The notes under the pieces: generated by a model
The model's input: the letters and a program-made list of their open reading frames with translations, nothing else
Told to the model about the DNA's origin: nothing
Database searches by the model: none
Assembly: GCA_965198175.1 (NCBI GenBank)
Contig: OZ240245.1
Coordinates: 3,328,001 to 3,392,000 of the forward strand
Source: Candidatus Poribacteria bacterium
GTDB lineage: Bacteria; Poribacteria; WGA-4E; PCPOR2b
Reading direction: 5' to 3'
DNA: 64,000 nt
Program-made: the position numbers and the translations under genes
Shown: positions 1-10,421 of the stretch, piece after piece
Position numbering within the stretch: the stretch's first letter is position 1
Layout: the number at the start of each line of letters is the position of its first letter

Positions 1-3000
1 ACCTCGTCTTGTTAACATGAAAAACAAGCGTAGCCAGTGAACCCTCTGCCGCCACACCTTCCAGCGTTCCTTGTCGGGTCTGTGTGAGCTTCAGTTGTGT
101 CCCCTGCTGGGAGATATGCCAGTAACTTTCTGGCAGCCCTGCGGCTAAAACCGAACTAGGTGAGGCAGTAAGGAGTTCTAATACCGCCGGATTGTACTGG
201 ATTGAGACATGGTAGCCGTAAAGATCGGCAATCGCTGTGGTGTGGATTGAGACGGTCAATTGTCGTGTATCCGTCACACTTGGGGTCATCAGGAGGCGCA
301 ACTCCCCTTCGGGCGAAACCGAGCGGAATTGTCCAAAATCTGCCGTTGGCGTGGCGTTAATGAAATTTTCGCCGAAATGTTGACCGACAAGCACGAGATC
401 GAAGATGTCCACCTTGCCATCTTGGTTGACATCATAAGGGGGAAATTTACCGTCACCTTCTCCTTCTTCGATTGTTAGGGTCAGTGTGTAGGTAAAATCC
501 GCCCCACTTCCCCCGGAATGTTTAATTTCGGCATAGTAAGTTCCGTCCGCAGGAATTTCAAATCCTTCTAGCATTGAATCAATACCTTCTACAAAGAGCG
601 GAACTTCCGTTAAAAGCTGTAAATCGCTATCATACAGAGTCAAAATTAAATTGAAGAACGGAGTGGCGGGTTGCCCGTCGACCACTATCGTAATAATTTG
701 TCCCGCTGCGGCATTAAACTGAAACGCATCGGCATCCCCGGTAAAACTGATGGCTCCCTCGACAGGAACATCTACCGTTAAGGGGGTCGGATTCCCTTTT
801 AGGCTTTCGTGGTCATCTTCGGGAAGTTCGCCTTCAGATAACGTCAGCGTGTAGGTATAAGTGGAACCGACCGCCCCTCCTATGAAGCCAGCAATATCGA
901 CACAATATTCACCATCGGCGGGGATGAGAAATCCATCAATCCGCACCTCCATGCTATTGGGAGAAGGATCAATTGATATTAACGTTTCCCCGGACTCATC
1001 CAGAAGACTCAGTTGTGTTACCCAGAATATTACTTCTCGGTTAGGTATTTCTACCTCAACGCGCAGGGCAACGACAGTGCCTTCTGACGCTTCAAAGCGG
1101 AAACCGTCCGAGTCATGAGGATCACGAGATTCAGGATTGCCTGCAGTAATGACCCCTGTGACAGGTTCGTCGAAGGTCAATGGCGTTTCCTCGCCACTAC
1201 CGCAGGCTGCATGGTCATCGGTCTTCCCAGCGATCGTCAGCATGTAAGAGTAGTTCAGACCGCCGAAGGGGGCATTAAGATTGGGAAGTGCAATGTTGCT
1301 GATAGCGAGTAGGTACGTTCCATCAGTTGGTAGTTTTTCATTCACACGGGAATCAATTCCACGCGGATTAAGTTCAGGACCCGGCTTCGGACCGGTGGTC
1401 GGCAAGACATCGTCACTTTTAGCAAAGAGATCGCCATCAGGGCCATAGATAACGAGCAGAGAGTCGAGGTCGGAGTTCTTCGTCGTAACAGTGATGTCGA
1501 TACGCTGCCCCTTCTCACCTTCAATCGCGAAGAAATCCGTATCGCCGCTGAAGTCGATGAAACTCTCTATCGTATCGCCAATCGCCACCGGTGTCGCCGT
1601 GTCAGGCGTATCGCCGTGGTTGTCAATGATAAGCACTAGTTTATAATCGTTGGTCGCCCCGTTGATCCCAGAAACTGCAACGACATAATCGCCCGGTACT
1701 AATTCGCGCGATGCGACATCCTTCGTTTCAAAGGTAACGAGCACTACACCATCGGGTCCAGTCAATGTAATCATTAAATCCCCGTAGATAGGTTGAAAAT
1801 CAATTGCCAACCCGACTTGCATCGTCTCATCCAAATGGAATCTATAGTAATCATCATTGTCCGCTGTGTGGATCGACAGTGCTTCATTGACAAAAGGCAG
1901 TTCGATCGCGGCTGCGGTCTCCGCTGTATCGTTCTCTTCAAAGGCATCCGATGCCCTTTCGGGCGGCGTAAAGAATCCACGGTTCTCCATAATCCCCAAG
2001 ATGAAGTCGAAATTTACGCCGCCGTTCAGTTCTTGATCAGCCATAAGAATCGCTGATGCCCCATCGACAAATTCTGTGTCGGGCGAGAGAAAAAAATGGC
2101 TCTCGACAATCAAGCGGATCGACGCATCGCGTCCAATCGCCTCAAAAATCTCCCACAGTGCTGCAGACCAAATCTCTCCATCGGCGTGCGGTTCACCTAC
2201 AATGTCTTTAGGATAGCGTTTGTTACCATTTACGGGACGAGTGTAAACCTCAGGATCATCTGAACCAGCCCATTCAAAAACGATCGAGTCACTAAAACCG
2301 TCGCTTACGACGCTGAAAAAACTAGCTGCAAGAAAATCACTAAACCCTTCGTGTATTGCCGCGCCTTCACCTGCGTGTATGTTAGGCACCTGTCGATCAA
2401 GAATAGCGTGGCCATATTCGTGGATGATCACTTCAGCATCTTCGGCGGTATCAACACCGTCATCTCCGAAATTAATCGAACCTTCATCATCGTCGTAGAA
2501 AGCAGCATTTGTCATACCAAAATGTACGTTCGCAGGTATCTGCCAATTGGCAAGAAAATCGAAGCCGAGTTCTTTCAAATAACGCCCCGCGGCATCTACG
2601 TGATAATAGACCATTACCTCCTCAAATCGGGGGTCATCACGGAGGTAGTTAAACTCCAACGTGGGCTCGTTAGCACGATTTTCGGTCAATCTCGTACTCA
2701 CGTAGGCTCCATCAAGAAAGCCACTAGCGTCTAATTCAGGCAGAATCACATCCGTGTACGCTTCTTCCGGTATGGCGCTGGCAGAATCGCCCTGATCCAT
2801 GAGCGAAAAATCTTTAAGGGCAACAACAGGATTCGGGTTAAAGACACGCCCATGTCCGTCAGCAGATCTGAGCAGACTCCGTCGGTGCAACGGCTCGCCG
2901 GTGTTGGCGTCAATGATATACTCCCAACTTGCGAGCGGTTGACGAGAGTGCACGATTGCGCGGTAAGCGAGGCGATAAGCATTGGCATAGTCACCTGTCT

Positions 3001-3595
3001 GTCCAGCATTACGATTCGGGAAAATTACCAAGTTGGCACGCGGCGGTTTCCGCAAATTAATTGCACCGGACTCGGCAATGGCGATGTCAATTGCACCTTC
3101 CGGGGCGAGCGATGCCGCTGTACTGATGTTAATCTGTGGGAAGTAGCTGCTGTGGATGACTCGTATCTGTCCAGAATGGTTGGTATGGATAGAGATCGCC
3201 GCGCCGTAAACTTCGATACCGTTGTAGTATTGATGGAATCGAACATGTCTGCCCGTTAAGCTGCTGTGAATATTCGTGAGGCGCAACTCAACGTTTGGAT
3301 CGGTCATCGCAAATAGGTCACAATAATCGCTAAGGCATTGACGCCCTGATGTTTCTAGCGTTCCTATTGGAGCAGGGAGTGTCAAATTGTAAAGGCTGCG
3401 AACTGTCCCTCGGTTCCGATGCCACCGTGCACGCACAGGGGTTTCTGAATCGGATTTGATTCGCTGCAACGCCGCTGCTGCTTTCCGTTGAATCTGTTGT
3501 CTCACTTCCATTTTGGCATATGCCAAAGATGGAATACAAATTAGGATTGTGTAGAGTGCTAGCACAATAGATATGGAGGTAATGCGATTATTCAT
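1..3595 (-). CDS. Secreted M36 (fungalysin)/M4-like metallopeptidase with FTP propeptide, PPC-like repeats, dockerin and cohesin-like domain; 3' end runs off the window
   Basis: Absent from the ORF track because there is no stop inside the window. Manual translation from ATG 3595 (GGAGAGG upstream): signal peptide MNNRITSISIVLALYTILICIPSLAYA, propeptide HVRFHQYYNGIEVYGA, zinc motif VIIHEYGHAI (~2401-2430), HEGFSDF, EPHADGEIWS, repeated DDH/GDxDxF PPC-like units, dockerin DVNQDGKVDIFDLVLVGQHFG. Confidence 0.88.
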   Translation of the reverse strand, partial: MNNRITSISIVLALYTILICIPSLAYAKMEVRQQIQRKAAAALQRIKSDSETPVRARWHRNRGTVRSLYNLTLPAPIGTLETSGRQCLSDYCDLFAMTDPNVELRLTNIHSSLTGRHVRFHQYYNGIEVYGAAISIHTNHSGQIRVIHSSYFPQINISTAASLAPEGAIDIAIAESGAINLRKPPRANLVIFPNRNAGQTGDYANAYRLAYRAIVHSRQPLASWEYIIDANTGEPLHRRSLLRSADGHGRVFNPNPVVALKDFSLMDQGDSASAIPEEAYTDVILPELDASGFLDGAYVSTRLTENRANEPTLEFNYLRDDPRFEEVMVYYHVDAAGRYLKELGFDFLANWQIPANVHFGMTNAAFYDDDEGSINFGDDGVDTAEDAEVIIHEYGHAILDRQVPNIHAGEGAAIHEGFSDFLAASFFSVVSDGFSDSIVFEWAGSDDPEVYTRPVNGNKRYPKDIVGEPHADGEIWSAALWEIFEAIGRDASIRLIVESHFFLSPDTEFVDGASAILMADQELNGGVNFDFILGIMENRGFFTPPERASDAFEENDTAETAAAIELPFVNEALSIHTADNDDYYRFHLDETMQVGLAIDFQPIYGDLMITLTGPDGVVLVTFETKDVASRELVPGDYVVAVSGINGATNDYKLVLIIDNHGDTPDTATPVAIGDTIESFIDFSGDTDFFAIEGEKGQRIDITVTTKNSDLDSLLVIYGPDGDLFAKSDDVLPTTGPKPGPELNPRGIDSRVNEKLPTDGTYLLAISNIALPNLNAPFGGLNYSYMLTIAGKTDDHAACGSGEETPLTFDEPVTGVITAGNPESRDPHDSDGFRFEASEGTVVALRVEVEIPNREVIFWVTQLSLLDESGETLISIDPSPNSMEVRIDGFLIPADGEYCVDIAGFIGGAVGSTYTYTLTLSEGELPEDDHESLKGNPTPLTVDVPVEGAISFTGDADAFQFNAAAGQIITIVVDGQPATPFFNLILTLYDSDLQLLTEVPLFVEGIDSMLEGFEIPADGTYYAEIKHSGGSGADFTYTLTLTIEEGEGDGKFPPYDVNQDGKVDIFDLVLVGQHFGENFINATPTADFGQFRSVSPEGELRLLMTPSVTDTRQLTVSIHTTAIADLYGYHVSIQYNPAVLELLTASPSSVLAAGLPESYWHISQQGTQLKLTQTRQGTLEGVAAEGSLATLVFHVNKTR

Positions 3596-3778
3596 GAAAC
3601 CCTCTCCGTTCGATTTGAAAACCGCCTTTTGCCGAATCACAATTTAGGGTTAAAGCACCGTCAAATACCAACCGTGTTGTGTTACAGTGTCTGGTGAAAT
3701 GAAAACACCCCTAGCTCATTTGTAATCTCTGGAAATTACTAGACATCAGCATTCCAACCCTCATCTGGTCTTTTGATA

Positions 3779-6700
3779 CTATTTGACAATCACCATCCGC
3801 CGGATTTGACTGAAAGACAGCGTTCCCAATTGGTAGAAATAGAGACCGCTGGCAACAGACTCTCCGTTATCATTCCGACCATTCCAATAGGTTGCCTTGC
3901 CTCGATCGGTATAATAGCCCGCCAACTGATGCCCTAAATCCAGCCGACGAACCGTCACACCTCTGGTGTTATATATCGTCAACGTGACATCCGCATCCTC
4001 TGCCAACTGGTACGGAATCCACGTCTCCGGGTTGAACGGGTTCGGGTAGTTTGGCAATAGTGCTGTCTCGGCTGGTATCTCGTAGGCAACCAATTCCGGC
4101 AACTGAATGCGACTGTTCTTCACGTCAGCAGCCGTCACGGTGTATCGCAATGACCGAACACGAATCAACGGATTGGAGGTTTTTGCCGAGACTTCAAGGA
4201 CATCTCCAACCCGTGCTGCACGCCCGGATTCCATGTCAACTACGGCGAGTTGATAGCCAACTCCTATCAATTTCCCCTTATCCGGGGAAGAGACGTGCTC
4301 ATCTCCGGTCACGGCGGTGACCGCTTTGCTGGTTGAAAGGTTCTTGACGGTTACACGGAAACCCGACCCCGTAGGGAGGACATCCCTGTCCGGCCCACTC
4401 CAGACTCTCACTTCATCAACAATTGACCCGCTAAACGCCAATACGGGTGTCACATCTCCTACTTCAATACCCGTGACTGCCACTGCCGGGGCAGCAGTTG
4501 TTCCTGAGGTATTATACCACGCATTGCCGGAGATAGCGACCGTAGCGGCATCCCTAGCCTCCAAGACAAAGGATTGACCGCCTGTAATAGAGATATTTCC
4601 GTCGTCGGCTGCTCGTCTAACCTCCACGAATTTCCCCTGAACCGAAACAAATATGGAAGGGACGTTGCCTCGAATCCCTTCAAGCGAAAGCAAGTCGCTC
4701 ACGCGCATGATTCGTGAATCTCTCAGCGGCACCCCCACCAAATTTGTGCCCCGGTGCAACGTGATTGTGCTATTCCCGTCCCTACCGAGCGAGTCGCCAC
4801 CCAGTCGAATCGTTACCGCGTCCTTCATAGCGGCAATGATACCGAGGTCATCGGTCAAGGCTTTGTCTCCGGACGTGCCTCTGTTCTGGGAGCCGAAATA
4901 GACGCGCCATTGTTGGGCGTCATGCGTTACAAGGAAATTGACTTTCTCTGCGCCGCCGAGCGCGTCGTACAGGTCGCTCATGGATTCGATTGTCAGCGGC
5001 GCATCGTCAACAGCCGTGACACGGAGTGGTATGTGAATCAAACTGATCCCTGCCGGCAGGGATAGGTCAAACTGAGGACGTATCCCCACCGCGGTGAAGG
5101 ATTCCGATTCCGAGATTCCTTCGACACTCACGCGAACACTGTTCTTGCCCAGATTGGGACCCAACGTGAGGGTACTTGCTACCCGCCCATTGCTGTCTGT
5201 CGTGGCGCTTGTCACACCCAGCGTACCATCGCCACTGCTGACCGAGAACGTGACCTCGACACCCGGCAAGGGTTTATCGAACTGGTCGCGCACTTCCACG
5301 ACAAACGCTTTTTCAAGTGCATCACCGGGTAAACCCTCTTGGTCAACCCCAGAGATTATCTCCAATGTCTTGGGTATTCGGATGCCTTCGGCAGTAAACG
5401 TCCGCTTCTCCTCAATCCCGGTTACAGTCGCTTCCACAGTGTTCGTGCCCGGATTTGGTCCTAGCGTGAGGGTACTTTCTGCCCTGCCGTTTTCATCGGT
5501 CGTAGTAATTGTGGCACTGAGCGTACCATCGCCTATGGTGACCGTGAAGGTGACCTCGACACCCGGTAGAGGTTTATCAGTCTGGTCGCGCACTTCTACC
5601 ACAAACGGTTTTTCAAGCGCTTCACTGGGCAACCCCTCTTGGTCAGTCCCCGAGATTATCTCAAGTTTCATGGGGATTCGAAGCCCTTCGGCATTAAACG
5701 TTTGCCCTTTCTGAATCCCTGTAACGGATACAGTGACAGTGTTTGTTCCCGGAGCTGGCCTCAACGTAAGAGTACTCTCTGCTCTGCCGTTCGCATCAGT
5801 CTTTGTACTTGTGACGCTGAGCGTTCCTCCGCCAGCGGTGACAGTGAATGTGACTGGAACTCCCTCAAATGCTGAACCGTCCGCATCCCGCACTTCAACG
5901 ACAAATGGTCGCTCAAGTGCTGTACCAGATGTGCCTTGCTGGTCATCGCCTGAGATTTTCAGAGGGGACGTAGGTGTTCGGTTGTCAAACTCGACTGTAA
6001 CCCCTCTGCTTTGGAGTGCGGGAATATGGGTGTAGATAGATTGGTAACTCAAGGGGTTTCTCTGCACATACACCTCGTCTCCCTTCCCCAGTCCCGTATT
6101 CGCTATCAGGGGTGAGATGTCCGAGATGGAGTTGTACCCAAGCCCCAATGTTGTCAGGTTAGTTAATCCTGCCACAGGCGAGATGTCAGATATGGGGGTG
6201 CCCCAAATATCTAGGAATGTCAGGTTAGTTAAGCCTGTCACCGGTGAGATGTCTGAAAGGGTGTTGCCGTCAAGGTCCAGGTGTGTCAGTTTAGTCAAAT
6301 TCGCTACAGGTGCGATGTTGGAGACAGAGTTGCCCGTAATATCCAGGAATGTCAGGTTGGTTAATCCTGCCAAAGGCGATATGTTTTCTATTAAGTTGAA
6401 CCCAAGCCGCAGTTCTGTCAGATTGGTTAATCCCGCTAAAAGTGAGATGTTAGATAGCGAGTTACTGTTGATTGGACGCCCTCCTTCATACACATGACCA
6501 AGATTCAGTGTTGTCAAGTTGGTTGCACCTTCAAGCCCGGTCAGGTCGCTGATGTTGGTGTTTTGTGCTTCAAGGCGCGTCAAAGTCTCCATCTCCGACG
6601 AGATTATTGGGGTGCCTGGTGACACTTTGAGAGCGGTCTCAATCGCAGCGCGGAGGTTGGCGTCCGGAATGTCCACCGGAGCCCCCGCCACGGCGTTAAA

Positions 6701-9241
6701 GGTGACCGTTCCCTCAATTCCAGCAGCAGATACAGAAACAGTGTTTGTTCCCGGATTTTGCCCCAGCGTGAGTATACTCTCTGCTCTACCGTTTTCATCC
6801 GTCGTGGTGCGTGTGGCACTAAGGGTTCCGTCGCCTGCGGTAACGGTGAATGTGACTGAGATTCCTTTACGCACTGAAAGGTTTTCGTCCCGTACTTTAA
6901 CGACAAACGGGTTTGTCAAGACCCCTCCGGACACGCCAGTCTGGTTATCACCTGAAATTTTTGAAAGTCCAGGTGTTATAAGAAAGGGGGTGAAATCCCA
7001 CAGCCGTACCTTACCATCGCCACTTCCACTGGCAAGCATTGTTCCATCGGGACTGAATACAACAGATACGGCATTCCCTATATCCTCAGCGAGGGGCTCT
7101 TTGTATTGACCGGTCTCCAGGTCCCACAACGAAATTCCACGATTTCCAATGGTGAGCGTTTTCCCGTCGGGGCTGAACGCCATCGTATTCGCCCAACCTC
7201 CCTGATTTGGGAGTGTTCTTTTGAGTGTACCGGTGTCCGTATTCCATAAGCGAATGATTCCGTCCCAACCCCCGCTAGCAAGGGTTTCACCATCCGAGCT
7301 GAATACAAGGCGATTGACTTCACTCCTATGCTCAGTGAGGGTGTGCAGGAGTTGTCCCGTGTTTGGATTCCATAAGCGAATGGTTTGGTCTCGGCTCCCA
7401 CTGGCAAGGATTGCACCATCCGGAGAAAACGCCACGGCGTCAACCACATTGGTATGTTCCGTGAGTTTTCTTTCGACCTGCCCTGTGGTAGTATTCCACA
7501 ATAAAATGGGCTGATTGGCACCTCCACTGGCAAGGGTCTGTCCATCAGGACTGAACGCGATTGATGCGACGCCGTCCCCCATACTATTAAGCGTTCTTTT
7601 GAGTTGCCCAGTGTTTGGATTCCATAAGTGAATTGTTCGGTCCCAACTTCCACTGGCAAGGGTCTGTCCATCAGGACTGAACGCAACACTCATGACATCG
7701 CCCGTATGTCCTAGGAAGGTGTGCAGGAGTTGTTCTGTTGCTACATCCCACAGGCGGACGGTTCGGTCAGAACTGCCACTGGCGAGCATTTGACTATCCG
7801 AACTGAAAGCCACGCTCCGGACATAATCTGTATGTTCTTGATATGTCAGGGCTTCCAAAAGACTTTCAAGCACGATAATTCCGTGTTTTAGGATTGCATT
7901 TTGAACCTCAACCTGCTCAACATCGGTTAACCACCTCTGAATCTCTGCCGCAGTGAACGTCTCAACTGCTTGTTGAGGTAGAGAATATATGGGGGCAGCC
8001 GCAACCAAGAGCAGATCAACAATATCAATAACCCCATCTCCATTGACATCCGCCTTAGATTTTCCACGAAAACCGAAATGCGAGGCAACAGGTGTCAAAT
8101 CAAAGACATTCACGACGCCATCGCTATTTACATCTAAGACGTTTTGGGCAGATACTGCCTCCTCCAACTGGATAGCAAAAGTTGCCCAGGTGATGTTGCC
8201 ACCCACATCAATAATTTGAAGCGTGATTCTATCAACGAGCTCTGCTGTCCTAACAGCAGATTCAACGATGCCTGTTTTGCCGCTTAACGGTTTACAATCG
8301 AATAACCTATAGGGCCCCCGTCCAGCCCATTCAGGGTTTTCGAGAATGCTTGGCACCAGCAACTGTGCGTGATGAAGCCCATCGGGATCTGCCACTTCAA
8401 AACGAAAGTTTATTGCATCCTGGCTATAAGCCTGTAACGAAACCAGCTGAATTTCGCCCGGTTCGTTGAGAAATGTTGTTTTGGTATTAAAGAAACGACT
8501 GACAGACAACCATTCAGCAGCACACTTAGACAAACGATTTTGGGTGCCACCAGCCATAACGTAGTCGCTGGTACGACCTTCCCGATAGTCGTCGTGCTCA
8601 AGTCCAAAGACATGTCCCAATTCATGAACGGTCACAAACCTCCCAAAATTAATACCGGACGCGGGGATTACGGCTAAACCGCCATGGACTTCTTCCCCGT
8701 TTGTAAAGTCTCTATTCCTCAGGTAAATTCTCCCAGTTGGATCAAAACCCATGCTTCCTGCAACGGGGTAGAAACTAACTCCACCTACACCGCCTGCATT
8801 CTCCTCGACTACTTCAATACTGAGATCTATCGCAACGAAATAGATGTGCTGAAGATCATCCTCGTCAAAGTGTCTGCGAAGTTCGCTCCAGACTTTGTAA
8901 CCAGTATTACTAAAATAATATTCTTCTGTGAACTTTCCTTTAACCTGATGAATTAGAGGTTTCCCGTTTGTATCGGTTTCAATAGTGAAGGTTTTTCCAC
9001 CGAATCCGTGTTTGTGCATTCTATCAGCGTAGACCCGTTGTGCATCTTTAGTCAATGGACCGAGTCCTGTCACGCTGTCTGACCGATAAGGGCGGTCACT
9101 AGGAAGAAAGTAAACCAGCCGAACCATTCCGTTCGCGTTGATAGAAAGTCTGTCAGAATCTGCATGCCCTTGTTGAGTAATTGCTAGGAATAGGGTAGCA
9201 GCCAATAGTAGCGTAGCAGTCCAAAGTCGTAGTTTTTTCAT
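3779..9241 (-). CDS. Large secreted mosaic protein: metzincin-like peptidase, dockerin, WD40 propeller, Ig-like (Big_1/invasin-type) repeats, internalin-like LRRs, FlgD-Ig/T9SS-like C-terminal domain
   Basis: Signal peptide; HELGHVFGLEH; paired DVNxDGVxxxxDL; about 7 HTxxVxSVAFSPDGxxLASGSxDxTIRLW repeats; four ISGxxQxG...FVVxVRD...TTDxNGRAxSxLTLG units; LxxLTNLTxLxL repeats; LLPNYPNPFNPETWIPY...YFYQL tail. Confidence 0.9.
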   Translation of the reverse strand: MKKLRLWTATLLLAATLFLAITQQGHADSDRLSINANGMVRLVYFLPSDRPYRSDSVTGLGPLTKDAQRVYADRMHKHGFGGKTFTIETDTNGKPLIHQVKGKFTEEYYFSNTGYKVWSELRRHFDEDDLQHIYFVAIDLSIEVVEENAGGVGGVSFYPVAGSMGFDPTGRIYLRNRDFTNGEEVHGGLAVIPASGINFGRFVTVHELGHVFGLEHDDYREGRTSDYVMAGGTQNRLSKCAAEWLSVSRFFNTKTTFLNEPGEIQLVSLQAYSQDAINFRFEVADPDGLHHAQLLVPSILENPEWAGRGPYRLFDCKPLSGKTGIVESAVRTAELVDRITLQIIDVGGNITWATFAIQLEEAVSAQNVLDVNSDGVVNVFDLTPVASHFGFRGKSKADVNGDGVIDIVDLLLVAAAPIYSLPQQAVETFTAAEIQRWLTDVEQVEVQNAILKHGIIVLESLLEALTYQEHTDYVRSVAFSSDSQMLASGSSDRTVRLWDVATEQLLHTFLGHTGDVMSVAFSPDGQTLASGSWDRTIHLWNPNTGQLKRTLNSMGDGVASIAFSPDGQTLASGGANQPILLWNTTTGQVERKLTEHTNVVDAVAFSPDGAILASGSRDQTIRLWNPNTGQLLHTLTEHRSEVNRLVFSSDGETLASGGWDGIIRLWNTDTGTLKRTLPNQGGWANTMAFSPDGKTLTIGNRGISLWDLETGQYKEPLAEDIGNAVSVVFSPDGTMLASGSGDGKVRLWDFTPFLITPGLSKISGDNQTGVSGGVLTNPFVVKVRDENLSVRKGISVTFTVTAGDGTLSATRTTTDENGRAESILTLGQNPGTNTVSVSAAGIEGTVTFNAVAGAPVDIPDANLRAAIETALKVSPGTPIISSEMETLTRLEAQNTNISDLTGLEGATNLTTLNLGHVYEGGRPINSNSLSNISLLAGLTNLTELRLGFNLIENISPLAGLTNLTFLDITGNSVSNIAPVANLTKLTHLDLDGNTLSDISPVTGLTNLTFLDIWGTPISDISPVAGLTNLTTLGLGYNSISDISPLIANTGLGKGDEVYVQRNPLSYQSIYTHIPALQSRGVTVEFDNRTPTSPLKISGDDQQGTSGTALERPFVVEVRDADGSAFEGVPVTFTVTAGGGTLSVTSTKTDANGRAESTLTLRPAPGTNTVTVSVTGIQKGQTFNAEGLRIPMKLEIISGTDQEGLPSEALEKPFVVEVRDQTDKPLPGVEVTFTVTIGDGTLSATITTTDENGRAESTLTLGPNPGTNTVEATVTGIEEKRTFTAEGIRIPKTLEIISGVDQEGLPGDALEKAFVVEVRDQFDKPLPGVEVTFSVSSGDGTLGVTSATTDSNGRVASTLTLGPNLGKNSVRVSVEGISESESFTAVGIRPQFDLSLPAGISLIHIPLRVTAVDDAPLTIESMSDLYDALGGAEKVNFLVTHDAQQWRVYFGSQNRGTSGDKALTDDLGIIAAMKDAVTIRLGGDSLGRDGNSTITLHRGTNLVGVPLRDSRIMRVSDLLSLEGIRGNVPSIFVSVQGKFVEVRRAADDGNISITGGQSFVLEARDAATVAISGNAWYNTSGTTAAPAVAVTGIEVGDVTPVLAFSGSIVDEVRVWSGPDRDVLPTGSGFRVTVKNLSTSKAVTAVTGDEHVSSPDKGKLIGVGYQLAVVDMESGRAARVGDVLEVSAKTSNPLIRVRSLRYTVTAADVKNSRIQLPELVAYEIPAETALLPNYPNPFNPETWIPYQLAEDADVTLTIYNTRGVTVRRLDLGHQLAGYYTDRGKATYWNGRNDNGESVASGLYFYQLGTLSFSQIRRMVIVK

Positions 9242-9336
9242 ATCTCGCGCGATTTTCTATGACAACTTAAACAAGTCCGAAATTTCTTTAACGCCGATAT
9301 CTGCCGACCAACTGGTAGGAAAGCCTAATTCCGCCC

Positions 9337-10286
9337 CTACTTGAGTATTACCATCCGCCGTGTCGCGGAAAAATCTCCCGCCGTCAGGGTGTAAAAGTAA
9401 ATTCCACTTGCTACCCGCTCACCCAACCCGTTCGTCCCATCCCAGTAGACTGCCTTTGATCGACCCTCGTAGACCACTGCAATCCGATGCCCCATCTCGA
9501 GCTTACGGACAACATGACCGCGCAAGTCATAAATGGTCAACGTGACATTCGCATCTTCTGCCAACCGATGCGGTATCCATGTCTCAGGGTTAAAGGGGTT
9601 GGGGTAGTTTGCTAACAGTTCAGTTTCTGTTGGTGTCAGGGCTATCAAGAGTTGTTCAAGTACCATAATCCCCCGTTTCTTGACGGGATCCCTAACCTCA
9701 AGTGGCCTAGCATCAATCAGCCACTGCTGAACTTCTACCGCTGTGAGTGTCTCCGCTGAAGGTGCAACTGCCGCACCATCAAACATGCCTGCAACCAATG
9801 TCAAATCCAGAATGCTGACAATTCCATCTCCGTTGACATCGGATTCAGATAATGTCCTTGATTCCCGAGTTTGGACGCCATCAGGATCAAATCCAAGATA
9901 TTCACGTCTCCATCACCGTTAATATCTCTGTTCATCTTGTCAGAAGAAGCGTCAGCAGGTGTGAGTTCCCACAGGCGCACCTTTTTGTCGGCACTCCCGC
10001 TGGCAAGCATCTGTCCGTCGGGACTGAATACAACAGATATGGCATCCCCTATATCCTCAACGAGAGGTTTTTTGTATTGACCGGTCTCTATCAACGAAAT
10101 TTCACGATTTCCAATGGCAAGTGTTGTCCCATCTGGACTGAACGCAACAAACCAGACCTAATCCGTGTACCCTTTAAAAGTGGTGATATGGTATGGTTCG
10201 GAAGCAGTGACGGCTGAGTTGAGCGTGAAACCGGTCAAATAAGCAAATGTTGCATACATGGTGAATCGAACAAAGTGAGTTTTCAT
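9337..10286 (-). pseudogene. Disrupted WD40-dockerin-FlgD/T9SS-like secreted protein
   Basis: ATG 10286 with AGGAGG. It reads MKTHFVRFTMY...FKGYTD*VWFVAFSPDG with an in-frame TAG at 10160-10158 and continues in frame into ORF 9801..10094. A frameshift near 9840, inside the dockerin pair, leads into ORF 9337..9804 (LLANYPNPFNPETWIP). Confidence 0.85.
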
Positions 10287-10421
10287 AAGATATACCTCCT
10301 TTTTCGTTCAAGGTGCGTATACTAGGTATCTCTTTACGAACTGTTGGTGATGCACTGATTTCATCATCATTGTACGGCAATGCGGGGGTATTGTCTAATC
10401 TTTACAAGGATTGATTGCACC

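Noticed and set aside
260..7689. Numerous short ORFs (e.g. 2852..3259, 5094..5714, 6519..7109, 7078..7689)
   Set aside because: They are antisense or off-frame shadows of the two large minus-strand genes.
3779..10286. Diversity-generating retroelement explaining the duplicated WD40 DNA
   Set aside because: There is no reverse transcriptase, and the differences are not confined to adenines.
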